Shown here: piece by piece, positions 47,945 to 61,457 of the stretch
Numbering within the stretch: position 1 is the stretch's first letter
How the letters are laid out: each line of letters opens with the position of its first letter
DNA from: Macrostomum lignano
Lineage: Eukaryota
Direction of reading: 5' to 3'
Assembly (NCBI GenBank): GCA_002269645.1
Contig: NIVC01002892.1
Location: forward strand, 67,502 to 131,501
Length of the DNA stretch: 64,000 bases
Notes under the pieces: generated by a model
What the model was told of the DNA's origin: nothing
The model's database searches: none
Seen by the model: only the letters and a program-made list of their open reading frames with translations
Position numbers and translations under genes: made by a program

Positions 47945-50900
47945 ATAATTGGATGGTTGTTGACTGGACGTATGGTTGTGACTGGATTGTTGCTGACTGG
48001 ATGGTTGCTGACTGGATGGACGGTTGCTGACTGGATGGTTGCTGACTGGACGTATGGTTGTGACTGGATTGTTGCTGACTGGAATGGTTGCTGACTGGAC
48101 GGATGGTTGCTGACTGGATGGTTGCTGACTGGACGTATGGTTGTGACTGGATTGTTGCTGACTGGATGGTTGCTAACTGGATGGACGGTTGCTCACTGGA
48201 TGGCTGCTGACTCGATGGCTGCTGACTAGATGGCTGCTGACTGGATGGTTGCTGACTGGATGTATGGTTGTGACTGGATTGTTGCTGACTGGATTGTTGC
48301 TGACTGGATGGACTGTTGTTGACTGGATGGTTGCTGACTGGATGGATGTTTGCTGACTGGATGGTTGCTGACTGGATGGTTGCTGACTGGATGGTCGCTG
48401 ACTGGATGGTTGTTGACTGGATGGGTGCTGACTGGATGGATGGTTGCTGACTGGATGGATGTTTGCTGACTGGATGGCTGCTGACAGGATGGCTGCTGAC
48501 TGGATGGTTGCTGACTGGACGGTTGCTGACTCGATGGATGGTTGCTGACTAGATGGTTGCTGCCTGGATGGTTTCCGACTGGATGGATGTTTGCTGACTG
48601 GATGGTTGCTGACTGGACGGATGGTTGTGACTGGATTGTTGCTGACTGGATGGACGGTTGCTGACTGGATGGTTGCTGACTGGATGGTTGCTGACTGGAT
48701 TGTTCCTGACTGGATTGTTGCTGACTGGACGGACGGTTGCTGACTGGATGGTTGCTGACTGGATGTATGGTTGTGACTGGATTGTTGCTGACTGGATTGT
48801 TGCTGACTGGATGGACGGTTGCTGACTGGATGGTTGCTGACTGGATGTATGGTTGTGACTGGATTGTTGCTGACTGGATGGATGGTTGCTGACTGGATGG
48901 ACTGTTGTTGACTGGATGGTTGCTGACTGGATGGATGTTTGCTGACTGGATGGTTGCTGACTGGATGGTTGCTGACTGGATGGTTGCTGACTGGATGGTC
49001 GCTGACTGGATGGTTGTTGACTGGATGGTTGCTGACTGGATGGACGGTTGTTGACTGGATGGTTGCTGACTGGATGGATGATTGCTGACTGGATGGTTGC
49101 TGACTGGACGGTTGCTGACTGGATGGATGGTTGCTGACTGGATAGTTGCTGACTGGATGGACGGTTGCTGACTGGATTGTTGCTGACTGGATTGTTGCTG
49201 ACTGGATGGACGGTTGCTGACTGGATGGTTGCTGACTGGATGTATGGTTGTGACTGGATTGTTGCTGACTGGATTGTTGCTGACTGGATTGTTGCTGACT
49301 GGATGATTGGTTGCTGACTTGATGGACTGTTGTTGACTGGATGGTTGCTGACTGGATGGATGTTTGCTGACTGGATGGTTGCTGACTGGATGGTTGCTGA
49401 CTGGATGGTCGCTGACTGGATGGTTGTTGACTGGATGGGTGCTGACTGGATGGACGGTTGCTGACTGGATGGCTGCTGACTGGATGGCTGCTGACAGGAT
49501 GGCTGCTGACTGGATGGTTGCTGACTGGACGGATGGTTGCTGACTGGATGGTTGCTAACTGGATGGACGGTTGCTCACTGGATGGCTGCTGACTCGATGG
49601 CTGCTGACTAGATGGCTGCTGACTGGATGGTTGCTGACTGGATGTATGGTTGTGACTGGATTGTTGCTGACTGGATTGTTGCTGACTGGATGGACTGTTG
49701 TTGACTGGATGGTTGCTGACTGGATGGATGTTTGCTGACTGGATGGTTGCTGACTGGATGGTTGCTGACTGGATGGTCGCTGACTGGATGGTTGTTGACT
49801 GGATGGGTGCTGACTGGATGGATGGTTGCTGACTGGATGAATGTTTGCTGACTGGATGGCTGCTGACAGGATGGCTGCTGACAGGATGGTTGCTGACTGG
49901 ACGGTTGCTGACTCGATGGATGGTTGCTGACTAGATGGTTGCTGCCTGGATGGTTTCCGACTGGATGGATGTTTGCTGACTGGATGGTTGCTGACTGGAC
50001 GGATGGTTGTGACTGGATTGTTGCTGACTGGATGGACGGTTGCTGACTGGATGGTTGCTGACTGGATGGTTGCTGACTGGATTGTTCCTGACTGGATTGT
50101 TGCTGACTGGATGGACGGTTGCTGACTGGATGGTTGCTGACTGGATGTATGGTTGTGACTGGATTGTTGCTGACTGGATTGTTGCTGACTGGATGGACGG
50201 TTGCTGACTGGATGGTTGCTGACTGGATGTATGGTTGTGACTGGATTGTTGCTGACTGGATGGATGGTTGCTGACTGGATGGACTGTTGTTGACTGGATG
50301 GTTGCTGACTGGATGGATGTTTGCTGACTGGATGGTTGCTGACTGGATGGTTGCTGACTGGATGGTTGCTGACTGGATGGTCGCTGACTGGATGGTTGTT
50401 GACTGGATGGTTGCTGACTGGATGGACGGTTGTTGACTGGATGGTTGCTGACTGGATGGATGATTGCTGACTGGATGGTTGCTGACTGGACGGTTGCTGA
50501 CTGGATGGATGGTTGCTGACTGGATAGTTGCTGACTGGATGGACGGTTGCTGACTGGATTGTTGCTGACTGGATTGTTGCTGACTGGATGGACGGTTGCT
50601 GACTGGATGGTTGCTGACTGGATGTATGGTTGTGACTGGATTGTTGCTGACTGGATTGTTGCTGACTGGATTGTTGCTGACTGGATGATTGGTTGCTGAC
50701 TTGATGGACTGTTGTTGACTGGATGGTTGCTGACTGGATGGATGTTTGCTGACTGGATGGTTGCTGACTGGATGGATGTTTGCTGACTGGATGGTTGCTG
50801 ACTGGATGGTTGCTGACTGGATGGTCGCTGACTGGATGGTTGTTGACTGGATGGGTGCTGACTGGATGGATGGTTGCTGACTGGATGAATGTTTGCTGAC

Positions 50901-53900
50901 TGGATGGCTGCTGACAGGATGGCTGCTGACTGGATGGTTGCTGACTGGACGGTTGCTGACTCGATGGATGGTTGCTGACTAGATGGTTGCTGCCTGGATG
51001 GTTTCCGACTGGATGGATGTTTGCTGACTGGATGGTTGCTGACTGGACGGATGGTTGTGACTGGATTGTTGCTGACTGGATGGACGGTTGCTGACTGGAT
51101 GGTTGCTGACTGGATGGTTGCTGACTGGATTGTTCCTGACTGGATTGTTGCTGACTGGATGGACGGTTGCTGACTGGATGGTTGCTGACTGGATGTATGG
51201 TTGTGACTGGATTGTTGCTGACTGGATTGTTGCTGACTGGATGGACGGTTGCTGACTGGATGGTTGCTGACTGGATGTATGGTTGTGACTGGATTGTTGC
51301 TGACTGGATGGATGGTTGCTGACTGGATGGACTGTTGTTGACTGGATGGTTGCTGACTGGATGGATGTTTGCTGACTGGATGGTTGCTGACTGGATGGTT
51401 GCTGACTGGATGGTTGCTGACTGGATGGTCGCTGACTGGATGGTTGTTGACTGGATGGTTGCTGACTGGATGGACGGTTGTTGACTGGATGGTTGCTGAC
51501 TGGATGGATGATTGCTGACTGGATGGTTGCTGACTGGACGGTTGCTGACTGGATGGATGGTTGCTGACTGGATAGTTGCTGACTGGATGGACGGTTGCTG
51601 ACTGGATTGTTGCTGACTGGATTGTTGCTGACTGGATGGACGGTTGCTGACTGGATGGTTGCTGACTGGATGTATGGTTGTGACTGGATTGTTGCTGACT
51701 GGATTGTTGCTGACTGGATTGTTGCTGACTGGATGATTGGTTGCTGACTTGATGGACTGTTGTTGACTGGATGGTTGCTGACTGGATGGATGTTTGCTGA
51801 CTGGATGGTTGCTGACTGGATGGTTGCTGACTGGATGGTCGCTGACTGGATGGTTGTTGACTGGATGGGTGCTGACTGGATGGACGGTTGCTGACTGGAT
51901 GGCTGCTGACTGGATGGCTGCTGACAGGATGGCTGCTGACTGGATGGTTGCTGACTGGACGGATGGTTGCTGACTGGATGGTTGCTGACTGGATGTATGG
52001 TTGTGACTGGATTGTTGCTGACTGGATGGATGGTTGCTGACTGGATGGACTGTTGTTGACTGGATGGTTGCTGACTGGATGGATGTTTGCTGACTGGATG
52101 GACTGTTGTTGACTGGATGGTTGCTGACTGGATGGTTGCTGACTGGATGGTCGCTGACTGGATGGTTGTTGACTGGACGGTTGCTGACTGGATGGATGGT
52201 TGCTGACTGGATAGTTGCTGACTGGATGGACGGTTGCTGACTGGATTGTTGCTGACTGGATTGTTGCTGACTGGATGGACGGTTGCTGACTGGATGGTTG
52301 CTGACTGGATGTATGGTTGTGACTGGATTGTTGCTGACTGGATTGTTGCTGACTGGATTGTTGCTGACTGGATGATTGGTTGCTGACTTGATGGACTGTT
52401 GTTGACTGGATGGTTGCTGACTGGATGGATGTTTGCTGACTGGATGGTTGCTGACTGGATGGTTGCTGACTGGATGGTCGCTGACTGGATGGTTGTTGAC
52501 TGGATGGGTGCTGACTGGATGGACGGTTGCTGACTGGATGGCTGCTGACTGGATGGCTGCTGACAGGATGGCTGCTGACTGGATGGTTGCTGACTGGACG
52601 GATGGTTGCTGACTGGATGGTTGCTGACTGGATGTATGGTTGTGACTGGATTGTTGCTGACTGGATGGATGGTTGCTGACTGGATGGACTGTTGTTGACT
52701 GGATGGTTGCTGACTGGATGGATGTTTGCTGACTGGATGGACTGTTGTTGACTGGATGGTTGCTGACTGGATGGTTGCTGACTGGATGGTCGCTGACTGG
52801 ATGGTTGTTGACTGGATGGGTGCTGACTGGATGGACGGTTGCTGACTGGATGGCTGCTGACTGGATAGCTGCTGACAGGATGGCTGCTGACTGGATGGTT
52901 GCTGACTGGACGGATGGTTGCTGACTGGATGGTTGCTGACTGGATGGTTGCTGACTGGATTGTTGCTGACTGGATGGATGGTTGCTGGACGAATGGTTGC
53001 TGACTGGATGGTTGCTGACTGGATGGTTGCTGACTGGATGGTTGCTGAATGGATGGATGGTTGCTGACTGGATGGTTGCTGACTGGATGGTTGCTGACTG
53101 GACGTATGGTTGTGACTGGATGGTTGCCGACTGGATGGTCGCTGACTGGACGGATGATTGCTGACTGGACGGATGGTTGCTGACTGGACGGATGGTTGCT
53201 GACTGGATGACTGCTGACTGGATGGTTGTGACTGGATGGTTGCTGACTGGATGATTGCTGACTGGATTGTTGCTGACTGGATGGACGGTTGCTGACTGGA
53301 TGGCTGCTGACTGGACGGATGCTGACTGGATGGTTGCTGACTGGATGGTTGCTGACTGGATGGATGCTGACTGGACGAATGGTTGCTGACTGGATGGATG
53401 TTTGCTGACTGGATGGTTGCTGACTGGATTGTTGCTGACTGGATGGATGGTTGCTGGACGAATGGTTGCTGACTGGATGGTTGCTGACTGGATGGTTGCT
53501 GACTGGATGGTTGCTGACTGGATGGTTGCTGATGGATGGATGGTTGCTGACTGGATGGTTGCTGACTGGATGGTTGCTGACTGGACGTATGGTTGTGACT
53601 GGATGGTTGCCGACTGGATGGTCGCTGACTGGACGGATGATTGCTGACTGGACGGATGGTTGCTGACTGGACGGATGGTTGCTGACTGGATGACTGCTGA
53701 CTGGATGGTTGTGACTGGATGGTTGCTGACTGGATGATTGCTGACTGGATTGTTGCTGACTGGATGGACGGTTGCTGACTGGATGGCTGCTGACTGGACG
53801 GATGCTGACTGGATGGTTGCTGACTGGATGGTTGCTGACTGGATGGATGCTGACTGGACGAATGGTTGCTGACTGGATGGATGTTTGCTGACTGGATGGT

Positions 53901-53990
53901 TGCTGACTGGATGGTTGCTGACTGGATTGTTGCTGACTGACGGCTGCTGACTGGACGGATGCTGACTGGATGGATAGTTGCTGACTAAAT
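47945..53990. repeat. 6-kb satellite with a 15-bp core and kb-scale higher-order duplications
   Basis: Core gctgactggatggtt with tgga insertions. The rare variant gtttccgact recurs at about 48571, 49953 and 51001. Confidence 0.97.
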
Positions 53991-54014
53991 AGTTGCCGAC
54001 TTTAGAATAGCAAG

Positions 54015-57000
54015 TTAGCGGCTATCAGAATTCGCGGATGAGCACATTCTCAGCAAACGCTTTTGCTCATGCAACTGCGTCTGCACTTTTTGTGCAGAAA
54101 AAAGGCTCACGAAATTGTTGTAATCGCAACTTGATACTCGCAAATCTGCAAATGCACGAACTCTACTCACCGCAGTATAAAATAATCCAGCTGGAATAGC
54201 TTTCCTGGCGCCTCCTTTGCTAAACGCCACGTACGCTTTTGGAATTGTAAGTCCTTGGCTCTTGTGAATCGTACTAGCCCAAGCCAATCGTAGTGGAAAT
54301 TGTTGACGCGACAATTGGGCTCCTCCTTTAAACTTTTCATTCGTTACTGACAGAATTGGCACTACACGAATTGCACGATTATCTTGTACAATTGCCCCCA
54401 TTGCTGGGCCAGAATAATTGTCAAATTCAACCCAAATACAATCTGGCCAATCCTTTGGTGATTGCCTTCCAGGAGCGTAGCAAATTCCTCGTACAGTTCC
54501 AACTGATCCATTCACAAGTCCATTGCGTACTGACAGATTTCTAGTTAGCATTACTCGAGCACCAATACACAAATAGAGTCGCTTCTCCAGATTCGTATCC
54601 GATTTTTTATGTTCCTTCTTTTTGCCACACAATTTTGCTTCGTCTCCTTTACAAATTGCGTTAATTTGCCGCACAGGATTCAATTCGGAAACCATCTTTC
54701 CCAATAGCATGTAGTTGCGATTTCTCACATCCTCGTTAGTGTGATATAAAAATGTACACCCGCTTTGGAAACCTTCAGGCAAAAGGTCGGGAGCATAGAC
54801 GCGACAATTGTTCATCAACGAATTCCAGCAGGCTTCGTCGGCCTTGCCTTCGCGAAGTTTATCCAACAACTGGGCGAATTCCGTATCGTTTGCTTGTCGG
54901 ACTTGTTCTGTCAGATGCACAACCTTTTTGAACTCCATGTACAATTTATAGCCTTCAGATTTCAATATATCGTGCTTCTTTTGATTTGGATTGTAAACGT
55001 ACAGTTGCGTGTCCAAAACTGGAGGCAATTGAAACACGTCGCCAATTAGGATTACAGATCGACCACCAAAACTCTGTTTACTGTGTTCTGGAAACAATTC
55101 GCGCAAACGAGCATCCACCTTACGGAGTAACCTTTGGCCAAGCATGCTAAATTCGTCAATAAAAATGTAGCGCACATCTTTCCACTGCTCTTGCATCTCC
55201 ATTAGGGATTTCTTGCCAACACCAGCACTAAAATTTACATTCAATTTCAAAGCCGAGTGCAAAGTTTCGCCTGCAATATTGAAAGCGGCTACGCCTGTTG
55301 ATGCCATAATTCTGCATCTTGATTCTCCAATCAACCGACGCAATGTAGAAATCAAGTAGCTTTTTCCAGTTCCAGCGCTACCATACAAAATTGCTTTGAG
55401 AGGCTCCGGCTTTTCGCCTTGGTTTTCTTCGGCTAGTCTTGAAAGCTGCAAATGACTTTCAATTAGGTTGTACATTTCTCGCTGCCGAACATTAAGCGAT
55501 TCAACACTGTTTATCGGCATGTCAGCGACCTCTCTTGCGCCAAGTTTTAGGTCGCTACTTAAAAACGCCTTTGCTTCTCCAACCGTTGGAAACTGGCCGC
55601 CACTAGCTGCGCTCCAGTCAAAATTTTCTGGCGGCTTTGGCAATTGATCTTCTGGACAGGCCAATAGATTTCTCTCGCGATGAAGTGCCCCCACTGCAAC
55701 CATCCAATCTTCTTGCTCTTCGTGCTCATAAGTTGGCTGAGCAGCAGATTGCGCATTTGCGTTGGTCATTTCGGGTAGCTCCGCAACTGCTTCGACTTCT
55801 TCGTCAGCTTCGTCGTTGCGCAAATCGTCCAAATTGGGCAGCTGCAGCTCGCATCGATTCTCAGCAGGCATGGCTTCGTACGCTTGCTGCCAGCTTGTGT
55901 GCAAACCTTTGGCTTCTCGCTCATTTCGCCAACAACTGTACAACAAAACCTGCTGCCGATAATAGCCTTCGCGTCTTTCGTCTGATTGCTCATTCGGTCG
56001 AAAAAATGGACTGATTAGCAAAACTACTTGTTTCGGCCTTTTTGTGCACCTCCCATTAGGGCTGAGACAGTAGTCGGAAAAGAAACGAAACATTGTTACA
56101 TTTTCCAAATTCTTTGCACGCTTTGAATACTTGTCGCAACTATTCCTGCAAACACCCTTTTCCTCCACTGCGCGGGTTTCGCCAGTCTGAACAAAAACAA
56201 ATTCTCGCGAACCCTTGTACATTGACGTCTGCAATAGCAAATGCATTGCCTCTTGCGCCGAATAATCACGCGCTCCAACTTGCGCCATCAAGTGTTGTTG
56301 TACAACACGCCTTGCAGTGTTGCTACGCTGAAAATTGTTATCGGCATTCTGTTCTGCATTATCTTCCAACTCCTTATGAAGACGCTTTGTCAGCTCCGCC
56401 ATATAATCCGACTCCTTTTCGCTTTTTGTCGCATACTTGATCAAATAGCGAATCAAATTCTTCACGGACGAAATCATTTGAACATCGACATTGGCTCTCC
56501 ACATGCACAGCAACTGCGGACTGTGAGAAATCATTCGCTCGTCGTTGCGCTGCGTCTCAACTTGCCAATTTAAACGGGATACTCGCTTTGCAACAGTCTT
56601 TTCCTGCGGCTCGCGCGGATACTTGAATCGGCACTCTTGTTTGCCTTTTACTGTTCGCAAGCACTTTTTACTGCAAATAGTGTGCCTCTCTGTCAAATGC
56701 GAAATTAACTGCAAATCTTGCTTGTCATTTTCAATCTCTTCCGGTTTCAGTTGAGCTGGATGACCTTGACCTGCTAAACTGCCATTCAAAACTTGATTTC
56801 CATAATCCGATTCGTCCATGGCCAAATTCCAACTACAGATGTACTTGTCAACAAAGCTCGTCAATTCTTCTGCATTCAATGTATTCGATGTCACATCAAC
56901 ACCATCTGGCATCCAAATGCAACCGTGAACGTGTGGACTTCCGCGACTCTGATATTCTATGCGAAACCAATAATCGTTTACTTTCCAGTGCTCGACCAAA

Positions 57001-60000
57001 AAACGTTTCAAACATGTTTCAAATCGCAACCAAAACACAGTGTCTGCCATTCCGGGATCTTTTTGCAACTTTGACAACATTTCTGCTCTTAGTTCTACAT
57101 TGCTTTCATATTGCTCTGCATCGATTCCCCAGGCATGCTGCAACTCTGGCCAATGTACATCTGCTGCCGATAGTGTCACGAAAAAATGAGGAACACCAAG
57201 CGTTCGAATCATGGCTTCCAATTGCCGTCCTTTACTCTGCCAATAAGCGCTTGTGCCTCGCAAATCTGATGCTCGAACTGACACGCTAGCCAATACTGCC
57301 GGGTCATTTAGTGCTTCAATCATTTCCTTGGCACTTAATCCAGCATACTTGTTGTCGTGTACAAACACGCGACCAACTTCCAGCGCCCTCCAACGCATCA
57401 CCATATTTTCAATGTAAAATTTAAACCGCAAATCGGTACGAAATCTTGGACACCGGAATTGCATCAAATGCTTTGCATAGTCGCCCAAACTTAGTCCAAA
57501 ATTACGTGGCGTACTATAATCTCCTGCTCCATCCGGAAAGAGATGAGGATAAGCCAATGTAAAATATCCTTCATCCTGAAATTCGTTTACCGGCTCGTTG
57601 CTTCTTGCTGGCCATTTCAATTTTTCACTCAAAAATTTGTCTCGTACTGCCGATTCCAATCGACGCAAAGGAGTCTCCAACAGCGAACTAATTGTTTCCT
57701 CGAGCTCGTTCGTCTCGTCCGCATTTTTTTCTACTTGTTGCTGCAATCGCTCAGCTCTGGCTGAGCCGCCTTCTTGCTGTGCCGCCTCGAAATTCACTTC
57801 ATTGTCAGACTGCATTTCGACAATCATACCTTCTACTTGATGAGCATAACCATCTTCAGGCAGATGTAGCAACGCATCATTATTCATTGAAACCTGATAC
57901 TGTCTAAAGTACTTGTTGTTTGCCATTAAATAGCGCATCGCATTAGTCACTTTGTCGCGTCGAACTCGCAAATTGTTCATTGTGCCGCTTTGCGCTTCTC
58001 CAGGCTGAACACGGGCTCTTTCGTCGTACATTAAAACAACTGGCAGAGATCGTCTTGGCAGCTCTCGCAAAACGTGCGACTGATCTTGAGGCAACATGAT
58101 TCCGTGTCCTCTCGATTTTGTTTGCTTTTGGGGAAAAATTTGTACCACAACAATAACCGACAAAACTGGCGAAATCAACATTTGCTCTGCTACACTCAAA
58201 TCTTGCAAATCTTCTGGCTGCTCCAACATCGGAATCGCATTGTTTTCTTGGCTAAACGATTTCGGCTCATTGTCATCTCTGAAACAACGATCGCACATGT
58301 CTTCAGAATCGATGCTAAAATATTTTCCAGGAAACTTTTCCCTACACACGTAGCACTGTTTCAAATGTGATACTTTTGTTATGTTTTCATTGAAAAAGTC
58401 TTGCCTCATCTTTTTGAACTGGTCTGTGAACGGATTGCGAAGGCACTTTGGCAGATTAGGATCTCCGATTTCATCTTCAACAATTGGAGCATCTTGAGCG
58501 CTCTCTTCTGAAGTGCTGCTCTGCGGAACATTTTCTTTAGCTGGCTGCTGCTCCATTGTAGGCCGCTTTCTGGGTGACGAACGGATCGCTTCATCAGGCT
58601 TCTCCTGAGTAGCACGTGTCTTTCGTGGTGATGAATACGTAGAAGTAGCTGGAATATTATCAGACTGACGTTTATCTTGCTGCTCCTGCTGCAAAGGTGC
58701 CGTCTTCCTAGGCGACGATCGAACGGGTTCGCAGATATGATTTTCTGCGTTTGTCAATCTCTGTTTCCGTGGTAAAGAATTTGCATAGTTGACCACTTGC
58801 TGCTGGTTTTTCAAACGCTCGCTGCGACGAGTAGGAGCACTTGGTACAACGTCGCTCTTCTTTTCTCGACCTCTTCCTTTTTCCAAATGGCAAGAAACGC
58901 TTGAAACCGCCGAAACTGAGTCGCCACAACCGATGCAACTGCAACATGGTGCTCTCCGAGTGCGACTGCTTCTTCTCAATAAGCTCTGACCAGATACACT
59001 AGAGGCTGCAACAGACACAGACTCTAATGTGTTTGCTTTAGCGCTCAGTCGACTACTCCGACGCGTAGCGCAACTTGCCTTCCCAACATCCTTTTTACGC
59101 CGACTGCGCCGCGGAACATTTGATGGCACGGACTCTGACACACGATCACTTTTAACTGACTCTGACACATGCTCAATTTCAACTGACTCTGCGCTATCCT
59201 CCGCGTCAAGATCGACATTCCAATTCCAGACAGAGTTGTTCCGATCCCGAAGCACTTCATATGAATTCGGATGCGCAAACAAACTCGTATTATTTTCCAA
59301 GGACTTTGCTTGATTTCTACAACGTCCCTTCCAATGCCTACTTTGAACTCGGGTCCAGTCTGCAACCTTTTCAAAAGGCGTCATTGGTGGAGCTGGAGGT
59401 GGCATCATTACAACAGGATCTTCGACAACATGAACATTCTCGTTGAGAGGGGGCATTTCCACATTCTTGGCGCTCAAATCTCCTTGGCCAGTCGGCCGAA
59501 CTGAGCTTGCTTCATTAACTTCCAAATCATTGACACGAACGATTTCGTAGTGTTGACTACCAGGATTAAACAACAATCGAATAGTAGCCAAACGTTCTCC
59601 AATATTCGGTCGGGAATAATGGCCAGGCCGCGCTAGATTAAGCATGTTTGACTGATAAATAAACACTTCTAGCCGCAACAGTTCACCAATTAGTTCTGGA
59701 ACTCCGCATGGCACGTACATACGGGGACGCCTTGTATCGTCGCGCACTTTTTCCCAATTCAGTCCTGTTTGCATAATTCTTTCCTGATTATTGACATCGC
59801 GATGCACCCATTGCTCGAATTCTGCAGCAACCGCATCTCGAAAATCTTCTACGCTTAGCGATTGATAGGCGGAAAAACCTGGCAGTTCTTGTAATTGTCT
59901 CAATATGGCCGTGAAAAAACAGTTGCCGTCACCTCGTACATTCTCAACGCGACACGAAGAAAAAGGAACCCATACAGGTTGGACTTGTACAGCAGCAGTT

Positions 60001-60043
60001 ACATGACCTTCGGCAAAATCCATTGCAGTAGCACCTGTTTCAT
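54015..60043 (-). CDS. Helentron/Helitron2-type RepHel protein, main exon: OTU protease, Cys-rich motif, Rep (HUH-Y2), PIF1 helicase
   Basis: 2014-aa open frame. OTU: VRGDGNCFF...QHYE. Rep: FFVTLSAAD, YWFRIEYQSRGSPHVH, YLIKYATK. Helicase: GSAGTGKS, IFIDEFSM, GDVFQLPPV, LTEQVRQ, QFPLRLAWASTIHKSQGLT, YTAVSRV. Acceptor ttttacag at 60044. Confidence 0.93.
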
Positions 60044-60228
60044 CTGTAAAAGAATACAACTCTTAAACAGTGAGGTATGATAATTTTAAGGAATTGAGCA
60101 TTAATTGTATTTTGCACAAGTCGTAAACACTAAAATCTAATTTTCAATATTCGCAAGCAAAGTCAGATGTAAGAAAGAAAATTAACTTGTACTATGCATA
60201 GAAATTCAATAAAAAATAAAACTCTCAC

Positions 60229-60599
60229 CAGCACTCAAGTAGCCTATAAGTTGCTCATTGTAAGCAGCACCAGAATTGGGCACTTCAGCATCACCTTCGA
60301 CCACGGGTATTCCGAAGCAGCCAGAGCGTCGGCCAGAGCAGCATCATGTTCAGCTAGCAGGGCAGCCAGACCAGCCTCGTCCAGCTTAATCACAGACTCA
60401 GTTTTAGCAGCAGCATCAGCAGAAGCACCAGCTTTAGTCCCAGCAGCGGCAATAGAAGAGGCAGCAGCAGCTTCCGGTTGTACATCTGGCTCTTGAATCT
60501 GTTCTTCGCCAGCAGTTAAATCACCGACAGCAGCAACTTTAATATTATTCTTGGAGCGGCTCCAGTTTTTCTTCTTCGGCCGTCCGCACTTTTTCGCAC
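60229..60599 (-). CDS. Probable upstream exon 2 of the RepHel gene (basic AT-hook-like motif, Ala-rich), one apparent 1-nt deletion
   Basis: Acceptor aaacag at 60600 and donor gtgaga at 60228. Reads AKKCGRPKKKNWSRSKNN...ALAASE, then VVEGDAEVPNSGAAYNEQLIGYLSA. Splice phases match exon 3. Length is 371 nt, one short of a multiple of three. Confidence 0.6.
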
Positions 60600-60634
60600 C
60601 TGTTTAAAGTCACAGTAAAAAAGAAATTTATAAA

Positions 60635-61264
60635 TCTACCTATATATATATATATATATATATGTCTGTCCATCTATTTCGCTCTAGAGCGTGCCATTCT
60701 TGATCAATTTTGATAGCGTTTTTTCTAAACTATTGCAGATTTTGCACTGATTATACAGTGGTCAAAATTTCTTAAATCTGCTCAAATTCTAAGGGTGTTA
60801 AACATTCGAAAATAGAGTTTCTATAATTATTTTAATGATCTGTCAAACAAGGTCAGATTCCAATTGAATTTATTCCCTTTGTCGAAACTATTCAGTCGAA
60901 ACTACTCAGTCGAAACTATTGAGTTCACACTATTCAGTCAAAACTACTCAGTCAAGATTATTAAGTCTAAACTATTCAGTTGTAACTATTCAGTTGAAAT
61001 TATTCTGTCTGTCAAAACTATTCAGGCGAAACTATTCAATCTAAACTATTGAGTGTGAACTATTGATTTGAGCTGCGTCAGTTAAGAGTTTGAAAAATTC
61101 ACATTTTTAGACATCTGAAAAACACTTTTTTACAGAATTACCTGTGAACTATTCAGTGTGAGTTATAGTGTGAACAATTGAGATTTATTGTTTGGTAAAT
61201 AAATTGTGTAGTGCAGGAACTTTTTAGTTTGTCTGTTGCCCAAATGGGCAGCCAAGAATGCTAG
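60635..61264 (+). mobile_element. Non-autonomous Helitron (630 bp) inside a RepHel intron, opposite orientation
   Basis: 5' A|TCTACC(TA)n. 3' hairpin gttgccc-aaat-gggcagc (61235-61252), an 8-nt spacer, then CTAG|T. Inserted between A and T with no TSD. Contains internal short aaactattcag repeats. Confidence 0.75.
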
Positions 61265-61378
61265 TAAAAGCTGGTTTCCTAAGGTGTGAATATTAATAAT
61301 AAAGGTAGGATTGCTTTGAAACTATTCCTGAAAGTAGCACCTATCACCTGCAAGTTGCAACAAATGTACAAAACTTAC

Positions 61379-61457
61379 TATTGGCAGCAACAGAAGAAGC
61401 ACTTGTATCCTTGTTAATGCTAGTGTTGTCCTTGATGCTGTTTTTGTCGTTGCCCAT
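61379..61457 (-). CDS. Candidate first coding exon of the RepHel gene
   Basis: ATG at 61457, reads MGNDKNSIKDNTSINKDTSASSVAAN, with donor A|GTAAGT in phase 1, compatible with exon 2. Confidence 0.4.

Noticed and set aside
52982-53666. Trp/Leu-rich ORFs in the large satellite
   Set aside because: They are translations of the 15-bp repeat where a stop-free phase happens to persist.
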